NCBI GenBank assembly: GCA_028023455.1
Contig: JAQFVV010000004.1
Location: forward strand, 6,820,001 to 6,884,000
Reading direction: 5' to 3'
From: Epiperipatus broadwayi
Lineage: Eukaryota > Animalia > Onychophora
DNA length: 64,000 nt
A model generated the notes under the pieces. That model was not told the origin of the DNA, ran no database searches, and saw nothing but the letters and a program-made list of their open reading frames with translations. The position numbers and the translations under genes were made by a program. Within the stretch, counting starts at the first letter, position 1; each line of letters begins with the position of its first letter. Positions 12,421-25,020 of the stretch are shown here, in pieces.

Positions 12421-13230
12421 TCATGTAGAGTCTGTAGGCCATACTAGTAGGCTCCATGTATTAATAAATAAAAATCTAGAGGATAATATCTTATCCTTGT
12501 TTTGAAGAGCTTTGAGCTTATCGCAAAATATAACATTGGGATCCGGTGTTGGTTGTGTGAACTTTGTCCTGCATCTTGTGTACCAAAAAGCGTATGTCAG
12601 AAAGATAGATAACCTGATAACTGTAAAGTCTCCAGAGAAGAGACAACCCCTGATGTCTAGGGTTTTATCCATTGCTATAATGCAGTGTTGAGAGATGACA
12701 CTTCTAACAGCGTTATAGCCTGGACATATATTTAACAGATGACTAAAGATCTCCTCTAGAGCAGGCATGACAAATTGGGTCTATTTTATTTACAAACTGC
12801 TTGTAGTGTAAGAAGGTATTAGTTGGCATGGAGCCCATATTCACCTTGATCAGATAATCCAAAAGTTTGGGCTCCAGTAGCAGATATTTAAATATTGTGA
12901 TTTTATGATTGCTGCATCCTAGGTGAGTATAAATAGCTGTATATTCAGGATTCAGCAGGCGATGTGCCTGCCAGATGCTGATTTTATTATTAAACTCTGC
13001 TGTTGAGTGCCTAATGTATAGAAATTGTTGTTTAATAATGGTGTCAAGCCATGTGTCTTTACTGGGGGGAGGCCTGTCAGTAGGTATTACAGTCTCTATA
13101 ATATCTGATAGAGAGTATTTTTTCCCCAGGTTTACTAAAAGTGCATGCCCTTTTTGGAAATTGATTGTCTGTATTGAATGGAGACCCATACCGTTCTGTC
13201 TCCTGTGAAACTGAAGTCTGCGGATGCTAT
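12421..13230 (-). mobile_element. Non-LTR retrotransposon ORF2 C-terminus with CCHC/zf-RVT-like knuckle (L1/Tx1-like), one frameshift
   Basis: ORFs 12743-13189 and 12421-12768 join into MPTNTFLH...DPICHAC....EEIFSHLLNICPGY...FW..RCR.KF, a CX2C..H....C knuckle followed by a W..R...F motif. Clade assignment is tentative. Confidence 0.65.
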
Positions 13231-14499
13231 ATAGGCATATATATATATATATCTGATATTCTGAGTAAGTAATTGCTGGATGGTTAGTATCTTAAATAAA
13301 AATGTGAGAACTTCTTAAATATAGTATATATGTCATAATTATAATTTTACAAGGATTTAATCAAAAGAAAATATATTTTATTTTAAATTAAACAAATTTT
13401 GATATAAGGCCATTGGAATGTGTTAAAAAATTTAAAGAGAGAATGAAAAAAGAGGAAGCATATATTGATCAGTATAAACCAGTATTAAATAGAATGTTAA
13501 TAAATAAGGATAAAAAAGTAAGATAATATAGGAATAAAAAGGTATTAAAAGAATGTTAATAGGTAAAGATTTATAGAATAGATAATAAAATTATATAAGA
13601 AGAATATTAAATTATATAGGTATTTTAAAAGAAATAGTTAAATATAGGAAAGGAGGTAAATAATTATATTTGTAGATGTAATAATATTATGATTTTTTTA
13701 AAATGTTATATATATATATATTTGTGATGTATTAATATTTTATTTATTTGTGTTATTATTTTTATGTTTTTTATTTTATTTTTTGTTTAAGGAAACTTGA
13801 TAATTACTACAGAATGTAGTTGAAACGTTGTTATGGAGGAAAAATAAAATTATAGTTTGAATAAACAAGTTTTAAAAAGAAAATGGAAGAATGTATATTT
13901 TATATATTTATTAAAAAATTCCATCATAGAACATTAAGGGGTCTGCTGAAGCATGGACACTATAAGGATTGTCTCAGACTTTTGATCAGCTACCCACGAT
14001 ACAATAAAATAAACTATAAGCCTTGTTGTCTTTTGAGTCTTAGAGGCCAGATAAATACCATGTGAAAATTAAGCCATGTTCCCTTGTGAATCTTAGAGAC
14101 TAATAAATTGTACAAATACTTGAACTGCACCTTGCTTCCTCCAAGCCTTACAAGTAAGTAAATAAACTAGTTAGAGGAAAAAAATTGTAGCAACTGAGAC
14201 AATATTCACTTCAAAGCATCACAGGGTCTCATGTATATGAGCAAATCCCAATACATCACTAGAAAGAAAATATGACTAAACAAACTATTAAAAGCATTTT
14301 TTCCATCCTCTGCATAAATCAATAAATAACAATCCTGCATAGGTTTCTTAATTATTTCCAATATCTAAATGATTAATTATTTCTTTTATATATATATCAA
14401 TTTTTATTTATTAATGATAGTTACTCTCACTTTCTAGCAAGCTAGTAATTTCTCTTTTTAATCATTTTAATGTCAGTTTCAGGATTATCATATATTTTA

Positions 14500-15530
14500 A
14501 CTTTTGAATACATTCTACAAGTTTATTTCTCCTTAAAGCATTTATTTTTTTAACAGATCCAGAGTCAATAGGGAATGAGCCATTCTTATTCTTTTAAAAT
14601 TAAGTTTTATCTCTCTCCAGATATCTATTTAGTGGCAGAGATGTCATTTAGGTTGACCAGAAAAATATATTCTCTTCATTCTGTAATGGATCTTTTACTT
14701 TCATCTTACTCTTTCTTTCCATTTTCTTTAGCATTTTGCACACTGGCAGTACAACTTTATAATCTATCAATAGTAATCCATTGATTCAAACTCAAGATAT
14801 TATTAGTGTTTTACTCTTTTTGATCTTATATTTTTTAGCCTTTATCTTTTGTATGCTTTACTATATCGAACAGTTCTATTTTTAATTTTCTTCATATAAT
14901 CATTTTTAATATATAGACAGCAGACTTCATTTTATTGTTTAAAGGGGAAAAATTCAAAACATTCCTTAAAAAATGAACTCTCACAACTCATCTGAAGGAT
15001 TATATTTCATTATCACCATGTTGTGACAAGTTATTTCCCTAAATCTTCACTTATAATAGTTTTCCCTATACTTTCTCATTAAGCTCATGACTTTTATTTT
15101 CATTATTCATTTTATTTGAGCTTTCTTTTACGGAGTCTGAAACCTTCTCAGATTTAAAATCTTATATTACATCATCTGCATATTCTTTAGTTTTTTTCTC
15201 TTCATGTGCCACTTCTAAATATTTCTCCATTTTCTTAAACCATTCTTCATGTCTGTTGCATTTCTTTCATAAATTCAGTATGTCTTTCTTCATCTTTTTT
15301 ACACCATTTTTTTAAATTGACTAATTAATTCTTTTTGATGCATTGCTTCAAAATTTTTATCTTTTTCATCAATGCATACAGCATTTCAATCATAACTGTG
15401 CCTGGTGTCTCTTCTGAAGGTTTTTGTCTTGTTGGAATAGCTTCTTGCACAATTGGCTGATTCTATTGAATGCATTAGTTCTTGTGTTGCTGATGGATCC
15501 ATGTTTAATTGCTCTTCCATCCTTTTTGTT
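14500..15530 (-). pseudogene. Heavily decayed purine-rich coding relic, possibly gag/ORF1-like
   Basis: Broken frames such as EEWFKKMEKYLEVAHEEKK and MDPSATQELMHSIES; resemblance only. Confidence 0.3.
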
Positions 15531-16084
15531 TTTGAACATGATATCATATATATATATAAAACTAAATATTCTATAATTTTCTTTTCTCTTGATGATTCCG
15601 TTCTTGCAAATTTAAGTATTTTTAATTGATAGATTATCATTATTTAGTCACCAGTCTCAACTCTTCATATGCAATCTTCTAAAAAAAAGAAAGATATACC
15701 TCTGTCTTGTTTATTTGTATTATTTATTATATATACTGTCATTTACAAAATATTACTTTGTTTACCTACACAACCTGCTGCTTTCATAAAATATTAGTAT
15801 ATACATTTTTTCTCTCAATCCAAACATTTATTGTATTTCACTTGTTTATTATACACAATATGATAAATTTAGTCATACTTTAATATCCAATAATTACATG
15901 ACTATAAGTGGATGTACAAGCCACAAAATTAGTGTCATAAATATGTATCATATAGGAGTGAAATTTAAGCAAAATAAAGGGATATTCAAGCCCCATGTTT
16001 GGCATTAATTATGTAATGGTAAAAATTTCCACAGTATAGGTTTGAACCCATAACCTGAATAGATAAGATATCCATTTAAAGATG

Positions 16085-17820
16085 TACACACATATATAAT
16101 GAGATCCTCAAGGTGTGTATTGTAAACTTTGGTTCAAATAAAGAATAAGTCAAATGGTTAATAAAATAAAAATTTTATTCAATTATATAATAATATTAAC
16201 CATCATGCTAGTGATCATTTGTAATTTGAAAACACAAGTACTCCCCAAAAGTATTTTATTTGTTTTTCAGTTTCAATAAAAAGAAACTCAAAGGCATCAA
16301 ACCTCCTTAAAAAAAAGTTTACTTTTGAAAAAGTTTTTAAAGAACCGATCATCATCAATTATTACTGCCATCCCAGCATGTTCTACAATGGATTACATGA
16401 TTTCACAGGACTGCGGATATTAACCAACATGTGGGTGTAAAAATATATTTGGATTGAGTTACAAATAAACTAAATGGATTAATAAAAACAAATTAACAAT
16501 TTATTAATAATGAATAAATCAAATGATTGTGTATATATAGTCACAACTATCAAAATACACAAAAGTAAAAAAGATATTTTTAAGTTTAAATTATGGTTCA
16601 AGTTTAAGATCTTAGAGTATTGATAATAATAAGATCTTACCATATTAAATAAGGAAATAGTTACTGACTATGGTTTTTTCAGGTACCACTCTTTTAATAA
16701 TTTACTGTTGTCTTCCCTAGATTTCTGATGATCATCTCCTTGAACACTGATGATGTTAGAACAGTAAATACAGCAACACTGGTGACATTCTGAGGTATTA
16801 TGTCTGTCGATCTTGAGTCATTCACATGACACTATCTATTTCTTCTTTTCTTCATTTACAGAATTATAGAGGCATTGCAAGGACTGGTTTTTCAAACTTC
16901 AGCACTAATTTCTGGATCTGACTCCATTTTCCAGGTATTTTTGTCTGGTGTGACACTTGGTTATCTAGCACCCATGGTAGATAGATTTCTTTCAAATAAA
17001 TTCATCATACTGTATGTTGTAATTGGAGTAATGAAAAATATTTTAAGAACAGTTAGTAAAATACAGCTATGGTGGAAAAAGTTTTAATCAGTGATCATTT
17101 CTCTCTTTCATATAGATCACGTCAACACGGTTCCAATAGTAGACTGTGCTGTAATGCAGAGCAATATGAAATGAACTGCTGGGCTCCTAAAATTAAAATG
17201 ATAGTCTAACTGCTTGTTTTTGATTATACCAAATTGATGTTGTTGTTACAACATGGTTTTCAAGCAACACATATGACATTTGTGTCATTACCCTCTTTTA
17301 CTCTTTCCAAAACATGTTGTGAATACAATTTTTAGTACATTATATCATGTATTTTTATAAATAAAAGAAGAAGAGAACAAAATAGCTTCTCTCTCACTTT
17401 CTTTATTTACCTTTCCTTAGCATAAGGCTAAAAATTCACTTCTGACTTTTATTACTTTTAGCTTTGCCATTCAGTTTTACTACAAAATATGAGAAATTCT
17501 ATTTAAAACTCAGTTCAGGAAAGGCAAAGTAGAACAAGTTCAAATTTAGATTTTTTTTTTTTAAAAAAAATTACTAATTCTTTCACATATCGAGCATTTT
17601 CGTTTCTCCCTTTATATTGTAATTTATTGTTCTCTAACATATCACAAAGTAAATATTTAATAATATTAATAATATGCATGAATTAATTTTTCTTTTAACC
17701 TTTAGGCAGTTTACATTTACATTAGTATAACTTTATTAATCAATCACCGAGTTTTTATTAAACAATTTTTTCCTCTACTGTTGTAGTATAACTATTGTTA
17801 TAGTTACAATATACATAGTC
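16085..17820 (-). repeat. Right arm of the diverged ~1.8-kb inverted repeat
   Basis: Reverse complement of ~6284-8140 with indels; roughly 75-85% identical by eye. Confidence 0.9.
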
Positions 17821-18133
17821 ATTTCTCATTATACTTGATTTTTGATACAATAGATGCATCCTTTGGTGGTAGCAATACATTTCAATATAAAATATTGTAA
17901 TTCAATTAAATAATTATTTTCTTGTTTATGAAATGTAATCATTTAACACTGAGAAACAACGCTTTTTAAAAAAATACAAACACATACATAGCAAATGTTT
18001 GCATTAAAATTTTTTGAAGTGGTACTGATTTTAATAATATTTACTATTTATAAAATATCAGAAATATGTTTTGACTTTTAAAATATTGTGATTTTATTTT
18101 TTTAAAAAGCATTTTTTGCTACAAAATGTTTTT

Positions 18134-18248
18134 TTTTTTTTTCCATATGTCAAAGCATCAGCTGGGAAGCGAACCCGCGACAACCGCCTGCAGGCAACTG
18201 TTTGCTTGCAAGGCGACTGCGCTGACCACTCGGCTACCAACACTTGAT
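18134..18248 (-). mobile_element. tRNA-derived SINE
   Basis: A box TAGCCGAGTGG, B box GGTTCGCTTCC, poly(A) tail, 14-bp TSD tacaaaatgttttt (18120-18133, 18249-18262). Confidence 0.9.
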
Positions 18249-18354
18249 TACAAAATGTTTTTATTATCAAACTAACAATGAAATAAAATTTTACAATTGC
18301 CCTAAGCTGTTTAATTCATTTGTAAGAGTAGTGGAACCAAAAGATAAAGTTTTT

Positions 18355-18458
18355 TTTTTTAAGTGTCATAGCATCGGCCGGGATACAAACCCGCAACTCG
18401 GGCAACTGCCTGCAAGTGCAAGGCAGTCGCGCTGACCTCTCGACCACCAATGCAAGAC
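18355..18458 (-). mobile_element. tRNA-derived SINE
   Basis: Same family, poly(A) tail, degenerate TSD agataaagtttttt/agctgaagtttttt. Confidence 0.88.
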
Positions 18459-18876
18459 AGCTGAAGTTTTTTGGATCATTGTTAGCTGATAAAAAGTAGA
18501 AATAGTACTATTTTATTGGTAGTGAGCACATTAAAAACGTCACTTGATCCCTGAAACTAATTCTACTATAAATGAATGCAATTTATAAATAATTCTATAT
18601 TTCTATACTAAAAATATTTTGCTCAATTTATTTAATTTTTTTAATATAATTCACTTAAACATTTTTCATAGTTTACACATTTGGGTCTCATCCTGAATTA
18701 TAAGAATTGATTAACAATAAGCAGTTCCAACCCCTATTAGTTTGAAATAATGAAAATTGATTATTTATCTATTCAATGAAACCATGTTTAAGTTATGAGA
18801 GTAGAATATATTAGTCAGGATCTATGGTTCCATAAAAATTGACTAAGTACTATTAAACCTAATCATTTCAAAATAA

Positions 18877-19189
18877 TATCACATGATAACTGTTTCTTAT
18901 GCTTGTTCATAACTGTTATTAAACAGGCAAAACTCTCCATACAGTAGTGCCACTCAGTGCAAGCCAGAATAATCAATGGAGGCCAGGAGGCTTGTGCATA
19001 AAATCCCTATTTAGGGCCTACTTATCCAATATTCCTAGACTAGTTTCTGGCTTATGGCCTTCGTCAGTGAGAAACTAGTCTTGGAATATTAGATGAGTAG
19101 GCACTAGATTGGGTTTTATGCACAAGCCTTCTGGAATCCATTGATTACTCTGGCTTACACTGAGTGGCACTACTGTATGGAGAGTTTTG
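18877..19189 (-). mobile_element. Family A hairpin retroelement with a hammerhead at the apex
   Basis: 13-bp TSD catttcaaaataa (18864-18876, 19190-19202); tail 18877-18927; arms 18928-19070 and 19071-19189. Confidence 0.92.
19034..19070 (-). ncRNA. Minimal type I hammerhead ribozyme (family A), helix I truncated by the inversion junction
   Basis: TCA-CTGACGA-A-GGC cataa GCC-A-GAAAC-TA-GTC/TAGG. GAAACTAGTC is the short palindromic helix III typical of PLE-type minimal hammerheads. Confidence 0.75.
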
Positions 19190-19689
19190 CATTTCAAAAT
19201 AAGTGGTGGATATAATGCTGAATGTTAAATTTAGATGACATAGCCTCATCAGAAAATACTGGTTCATATTTATAATCAAAATGTGTGTTTATAAACATTT
19301 CTACTGCACAAAGAAGATTATGCAGTAGAATTGTAGAGGACAATATTTACCACTCCAGTCCTCTACAAATCTCCATCTCATTATTAAAAAATAATTTACA
19401 AGGCAGAAAAAATATCATCTGCATGTATTGTAAAAGTTAATTTTGTCAAATGTTTAATATAGCTAACTAGAAATATATCAAATTTCTCTAAAAATATTTA
19501 GCAATTCAAGTAGATAATGGAAATAGACAAATATATAATGACAAGTAAAATGTCCCCATCACAAATTTTTAGACCAACATTTTAAAAAAGTCAATAAAAA
19601 GAAATGTAAAAATATCTATTAAAAATATTTGCAAATTATATTTATAAATTAAACTTTTATCAATCTCTGATTAGAAAATTAATAATTAA

Positions 19690-19814
19690 TAAAACAGGCA
19701 AAACTCTCTATATGTATTGCCACTCACTGCAATACGTATAGAGAGTTTTGCCTGTTTTACTAACAGTTATGAGCGACCGTAGGACAATGGTGCTCATATG
19801 ATGTTTATTGGTTT
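19690..19814 (+). mobile_element. Family A short hairpin insertion
   Basis: Arms of ~31 bp (19690-19720 and 19729-19759) plus a 55-nt tail ending ttggttt; TSD only degenerate. Confidence 0.85.
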
Positions 19815-20687
19815 AAAATAAATCATTCCAAAATATTTTAAATAAATATAATTTAATAAAAAAACCTCTTCTTTTATGAATAAAAAAATTGATTGAAGTT
19901 TTTTACTAATATAAACCAAAAAGAATATGGTGCAAAAATACATAAATGTCCCAAACTGTCGATGTTATCAACACACGGGAAAGTTTGAATTAAAGGATTG
20001 CAAAAAGAACATGACTTCCGATTTTAATACATTTGTTTTATTCAAATAGAACTTTGTTTAAAATAAAATAAAAATTCTAAATAACAAATGATTAAATAAA
20101 TTGAACATTTAAAGATATGTTTATGAATAAACCTTACTAAGACTGCAATTGCACAGATGAGCAAAGATAGAATTTACAATTATAAATTTTTATTCTGGAG
20201 CATATATATATAATTTGATATTTTCATACTATTTTGGAAAAAAAAATTGGTGGCATAAAATAGTGTATTTAATAATATTTATATTTAAAAGTATTTTACT
20301 TTATATTTGATGCATTATTTTATCATTAGTATTTTGTAACATGATCTTTAAAGATTATCTATGATTAAAATCATAGTTCATTTGATTGCCAATGAGCTCC
20401 CAATATATTTAATGTCAATGCATCAGTATTAGTGGTAAAAAGAAAAAAAAATCAAATTTATTGACACATAATTTTTACTTCCTTGTACATTGTAAATAAT
20501 AGTCACAAATTATTAATAAGTTATTCTGGGATAAATACATTAGAATGAGCATTTGCCAACAAGAAAAAATTTCCCATATTCAAGCATTAATTTTACCAAA
20601 TTAATGAGAAAGGCTTTTTGTTCTAATACATTGTTATATATAGATCTCACAAAATAAGCTCTTAACAAGCTTTGAAAATATCCTCAA

Positions 20688-20725
20688 CCCCAGACCGGTT
20701 TCTATTACTGGGATCATCAGTGAGG
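20688..20725 (-). ncRNA. Minimal type I hammerhead ribozyme, helix II degenerate
   Basis: CCTCA-CTGATGA-tcccagtaata-GAAAC-CG-GTC/TGGGG: helix I CCTCA:TGGGG, intact core, palindromic ACCGGT helix III, GUC cleavage site. Confidence 0.7.
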
Positions 20726-20956
20726 TGCCAGGATATTCAAGCATTATATTAAAAACATCAGGACAAGCCCAGAGCAATGTATAACTATTAAGTAGAAACT
20801 CTGAAATTTTCAGACATCCATATGTCTTCCAATTCAGCTACCTAACTTAAATAACCATATGGGACTGAACTAAGTTCCGATATACCATATATTAATAGTT
20901 TTAGCAATATAAAATCGCCAAAGCCTTAATAGCAAAAAATAAAACTTTTTGCTATT

Positions 20957-21083
20957 AAAATCCCTATCTAATGCCTACTCATCCAATATCCCCAGACTAG
21001 TTAGTGTATGGAGAGTTTTGCTTTGTTTATAAACAATTATGTACTAGTATAAGAGATGGTGATCATGTGATGCTTAATGGTTT
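20957..21083 (+). mobile_element. Family A rearranged copy (non-overlapping inverted arms)
   Basis: Antisense segment ending gactagtt (20957-21002) joined to a sense 3' end and tail ending atggttt (21083); no clear TSD. Confidence 0.8.
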
Positions 21084-21142
21084 AATCATTTTGATAATTG
21101 TGTACCAATTATTAAATTGTTAAACCGTTAACAATATATATG

Positions 21143-21256
21143 CAAGCGTTGTTAGCCGAGAGGTCATCGCAGCCGCCTTGCACGCAAGTAGTTGGTTGCA
21201 GACGGTTGTGGGTTCGCGTCCCGGCAGATGCTATGACAGATGAAAAAAAAAAAAAA
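21143..21256 (+). mobile_element. tRNA-derived SINE (long anticodon-arm subfamily)
   Basis: TAGCCGAGAGG A box, GGTTCGCGTCC B box, A14 tail. Confidence 0.9.
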
Positions 21257-22699
21257 GACACAATAACTCAAACTGCATACAACTGTAATTAAAATAATGA
21301 AGTAAGCATTGCAAATAAACATTTAAAAAAATTATATATATAGTAAACACTTTTGACATTTTCATTTCCACATTACACATATACAGAGTATTTAATCATT
21401 TTAGAACTAAGATTATGTGATCTAAATTGTATAAAGTATGCAAAATGTTATACCGTATGTTTTTTTCTTAAATTTGCATTCTAATGAGCCTGAAATTTAT
21501 TACTTAAAATAGAAGCTATCACAAAAGCAGATCGTTTTAAAAAGGCATTTCAACTTTTTTTTTTTCTAACCTCATTTCAACTATTGTCAAATCTGGAAAA
21601 GTTATTATTTTTTTAATAAAAAAATAAAAAGTAAAAAAAATTCAAGAAAGTAAAATCACCACCTGACAGTTCCGCGTTAATGAGCAACAAGAAATAACAC
21701 CATCCCAGCTTAGAAGTGGACCCTAAAAAACAAAAAAAGACGTCTACAATCAGACTGCTAAATAAAATCATCTAAAATCGTTGAAGCAGTCTGAAATATA
21801 AAAGTAAAAAAAACAAGTAAAAAATAAAAAATAAATGAAACAAACCCACCCAACATGGGTAAAATCTGTGCAAAATAAATAGATGATCACTCTAGTGCGA
21901 ATTTAGAAAATTAAAATCTAGTATAAATAATTAATATTAGATTTTATTATATTTGTTTAAATATATAGAAGTTTTATCTCACCTTTATAGAAACACCTTT
22001 ATCTTAACTTTTTTTAATTTTTTTAGACTTGATGTTGTATCAATTAGCCTCCAAGGCAGTATAGCTATGAATGTTGGGATTGTTTTTTTTTAATTATTTG
22101 AATTACATTTCATGTTTATATATGTCAATAGCCAAACATTTAACAACTTTTAGAAAATATCAGGGAATAGCTAACAAATTTGGAATTAAAATGATACAAA
22201 AGCAAGACAAAAGAAAACGAATAAAATTAATTACTATCCACAATATAATACTAAAATTTAAACTATGAACAGATTTAACTACAATATATAATTACATGTA
22301 CAGTACATAATAATTCATTGTATATATCATATGGTTGCCTTTTTTTGCAACAATTGTTTTTTTAAATATTAAAAAAAATCCAGATATGATATATAATTCA
22401 TAGATGACATAGAAAGCTAACAATATCATCTCTATTTTGACTTCAGTTCTGTTATATGTTGTCTGTTTGTATAAAAACACAAACATACATATATACGGAA
22501 TATAATTGATCAAAAACAGTATAAAAACATGTCAATAATGTATGTGTATTCCTCCATAGGTTGCAGAAATATTTAAACTATTATAAATTTTTACATAATC
22601 AAAATATTTTAGAATAACACTACAAAATTGGTATATATATATTGCATGAACATATAAGATTAATTATATAAACTGAGGAGATATTACTATTAAACAATT

Positions 22700-22870
22700 C
22701 AAAACAAAAAAAAACCCCCCATATAGTGGTGCCCTTTTTTGTTTAAAAAAAAAAACAATAAATCCCAGAAGGGTTGTAAAAAATCCCTTTCTATCCCTCC
22801 TCCCCAAATCCCCCCAAAATTTTTTGGGGTTGGTTTTTTTCGGGGGGGGGGGGGGGTGGGGGGGGGGGTT
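22700..22870. repeat. Homopolymer-rich C/G tract with ~27 G
   Basis: cggggggggggggggggtgggggggggggttcc at ~22841-22871, preceded by C-runs and A/T-runs. Confidence 0.9.
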
Positions 22871-24727
22871 CCGCTAGATCATGTGATGTTTAGAGATATT
22901 ACTACTTATGTGAATACCTATACTTTTATACCTATCTGTTTACATATGTATCTGTATTCATTTATAGTTAGTATTCAATATCTATTTAGGTATATACTAA
23001 ACAATGAATTGTTCAAATTCAGCTAATTTAATAGTTTTATCAAACGATCTATAGTTCTCTGAAATCTAAAAATAAAAAACTGTTGTTAATTTATTGCTTA
23101 GTATAGGTATTTTTTTGTAAAATCAGCATAAAGGAAAGTTTTTTAATTTTTTTTTTGTTTGAAAACTATACCATAATTTAATATTGCTACTATAAATATA
23201 AAATATCACATTCCATAAGCTTTATTTAGTTTTATAAGCATAAATATGTGTGTAGATAAAAAATATTCACATATGTATATGTATAACAACATATTCATGT
23301 ATATATAAAAATATATATACACATCTAAACAGAAAGAGCAAAATGTTTATACATATATTTAAAAATACAATGACAAAAAATAATACAATTTTTTAATAAC
23401 CTATTAGGATCAAAGATTTTTCCAATAGTCATCCAAAAGAAATGAAGAAGGCATTATTCACCAGACTTGCCAAAGGCAAAAAGGTGAGAGACTTCTTTAA
23501 AAGTTAAATATCTATTTATTACAAAATGTTGGATTCTGAACTTATTTAAAACTTGAAAAAATGCCAAAATCATACATAATCTGATTTAAATTCAAAGCAG
23601 TGAATATGGCAAGTGGATGTGCTATCACCATACTACAAGACCCTATGATACAAAGTAGATGGAAAATGTTTATATTTGCTTGTTTGAATGTAGAGGCGGA
23701 TTAAGCAGTAAGCGGAGGCAGCATAGGGTCCCGAGGTCTTAAAATGTCTTTTCATTAGGATTCGAGGAAAATTATGTTTTTTTGTATACAATCAGCCCTC
23801 CTATAACACGGCATTATTTAAGCTTTTGAAGGGAATTTATTTGAGTTTTGGCCGGATTCTGACTTTCACTGGACATCAGGGGATGAAACTAGTATAACAT
23901 AAATAGGCCCAAATTTATATTTTTTAATTACACAAAAAATTTGACCCTTCCCAAAATAATAATTTGATTTCAATTTAAATACTCTGCTTTTGAAAAAAAT
24001 ATCGTAAATAAATTTTGCTGTTTTCCTGAGGCTGATTTATCTCCAGTGAAATGGTATATTCTTGACCTCATATATGTTTTACCTATTTTTCCCCATAGCT
24101 CCATATGTGCCGGATTTAAACCCTCTATGAGTAAATAAATGTATATAAGCATCAACACAGTTATATATGTATCACCACACAGATATATGTGAATAAACAG
24201 CTGGACTATCATAGGTTTATATATATTACAGCATGTATATTTTATTTAAAATCAAATCTTTTAAATTATATATTTTATTTTGTTAAATGGGCCAATTTGT
24301 TATTTTATATTAAAAATTGCATGTATATGTGTAAAGTTCACATATTACCAAAATACATATATAATAAAATATTACTTAAAAGTTTTAAATAATTCTTAAT
24401 TTTAAATTAATTTTTGTTTATCTTTATAAACAAAAGTGACACCACTGCACATCTGTGTCAATATAGTGTGTGAGCGAAGTTTTAAATCTTATTTTTGCAA
24501 TATTTTTCTAAAATGTATTTTATAGTAAACAAAATCGACTGAGGTGAAAAAATTACTAACTCTTTGTGGAATTGAGATGGCCCAAGTTAAATTAAAAATA
24601 TCAGGTTTAAAATTTAAACAAAAATCTAAATCAACTTTATAACTTAAAACATCTTAACAACATTATCATTAAAAAGAATATTTTTAGTAGGCATTGTTTG
24701 CAAAGCTAAAAGCTTTTAAACTATTTT

Positions 24728-24835
24728 TTTTTTCATATGTCATAGCATAGGCCGGGACGCGAATCCACAACCGTCTGCAATCAACTACTTGCTTGCAAGG
24801 CGGCTGCGATGACCTCTCGGCTAACAACGCTTGAC
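24728..24835 (-). mobile_element. tRNA-derived SINE nested in the hAT element
   Basis: 19-bp TSD aaagcttttaaactatttt (24709-24727, 24836-24854). Confidence 0.92.
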
Positions 24836-25020
24836 AAAGCTTTTAAACTATTTTACCAAAAAAAAAAAACAACAAAAACAACGTTTTCTTCACAGCAAAA
24901 AAAAAATGAAGTCATCAAAATGGGGCAGAAAAGTGAAAAAAGTTTTTTAAAAACCTGGAAATTTCTGAAAGCGAAAGAAATTCATGGCATAAATTTTTAA
25001 AGGTTAGTACTGAGACAGAG

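Noticed and set aside
16722-16790. Two CTGATGA motifs in the long inverted repeat
   Set aside because: No GAAA or helix I, and the motif is not conserved in the other arm.
6284-17820. DIRS or LTR retrotransposon interpretation of the long repeat pair
   Set aside because: The repeats are inverted, so not LTRs, and no tyrosine recombinase, RT/RNase H or internal complementary region was recognised.
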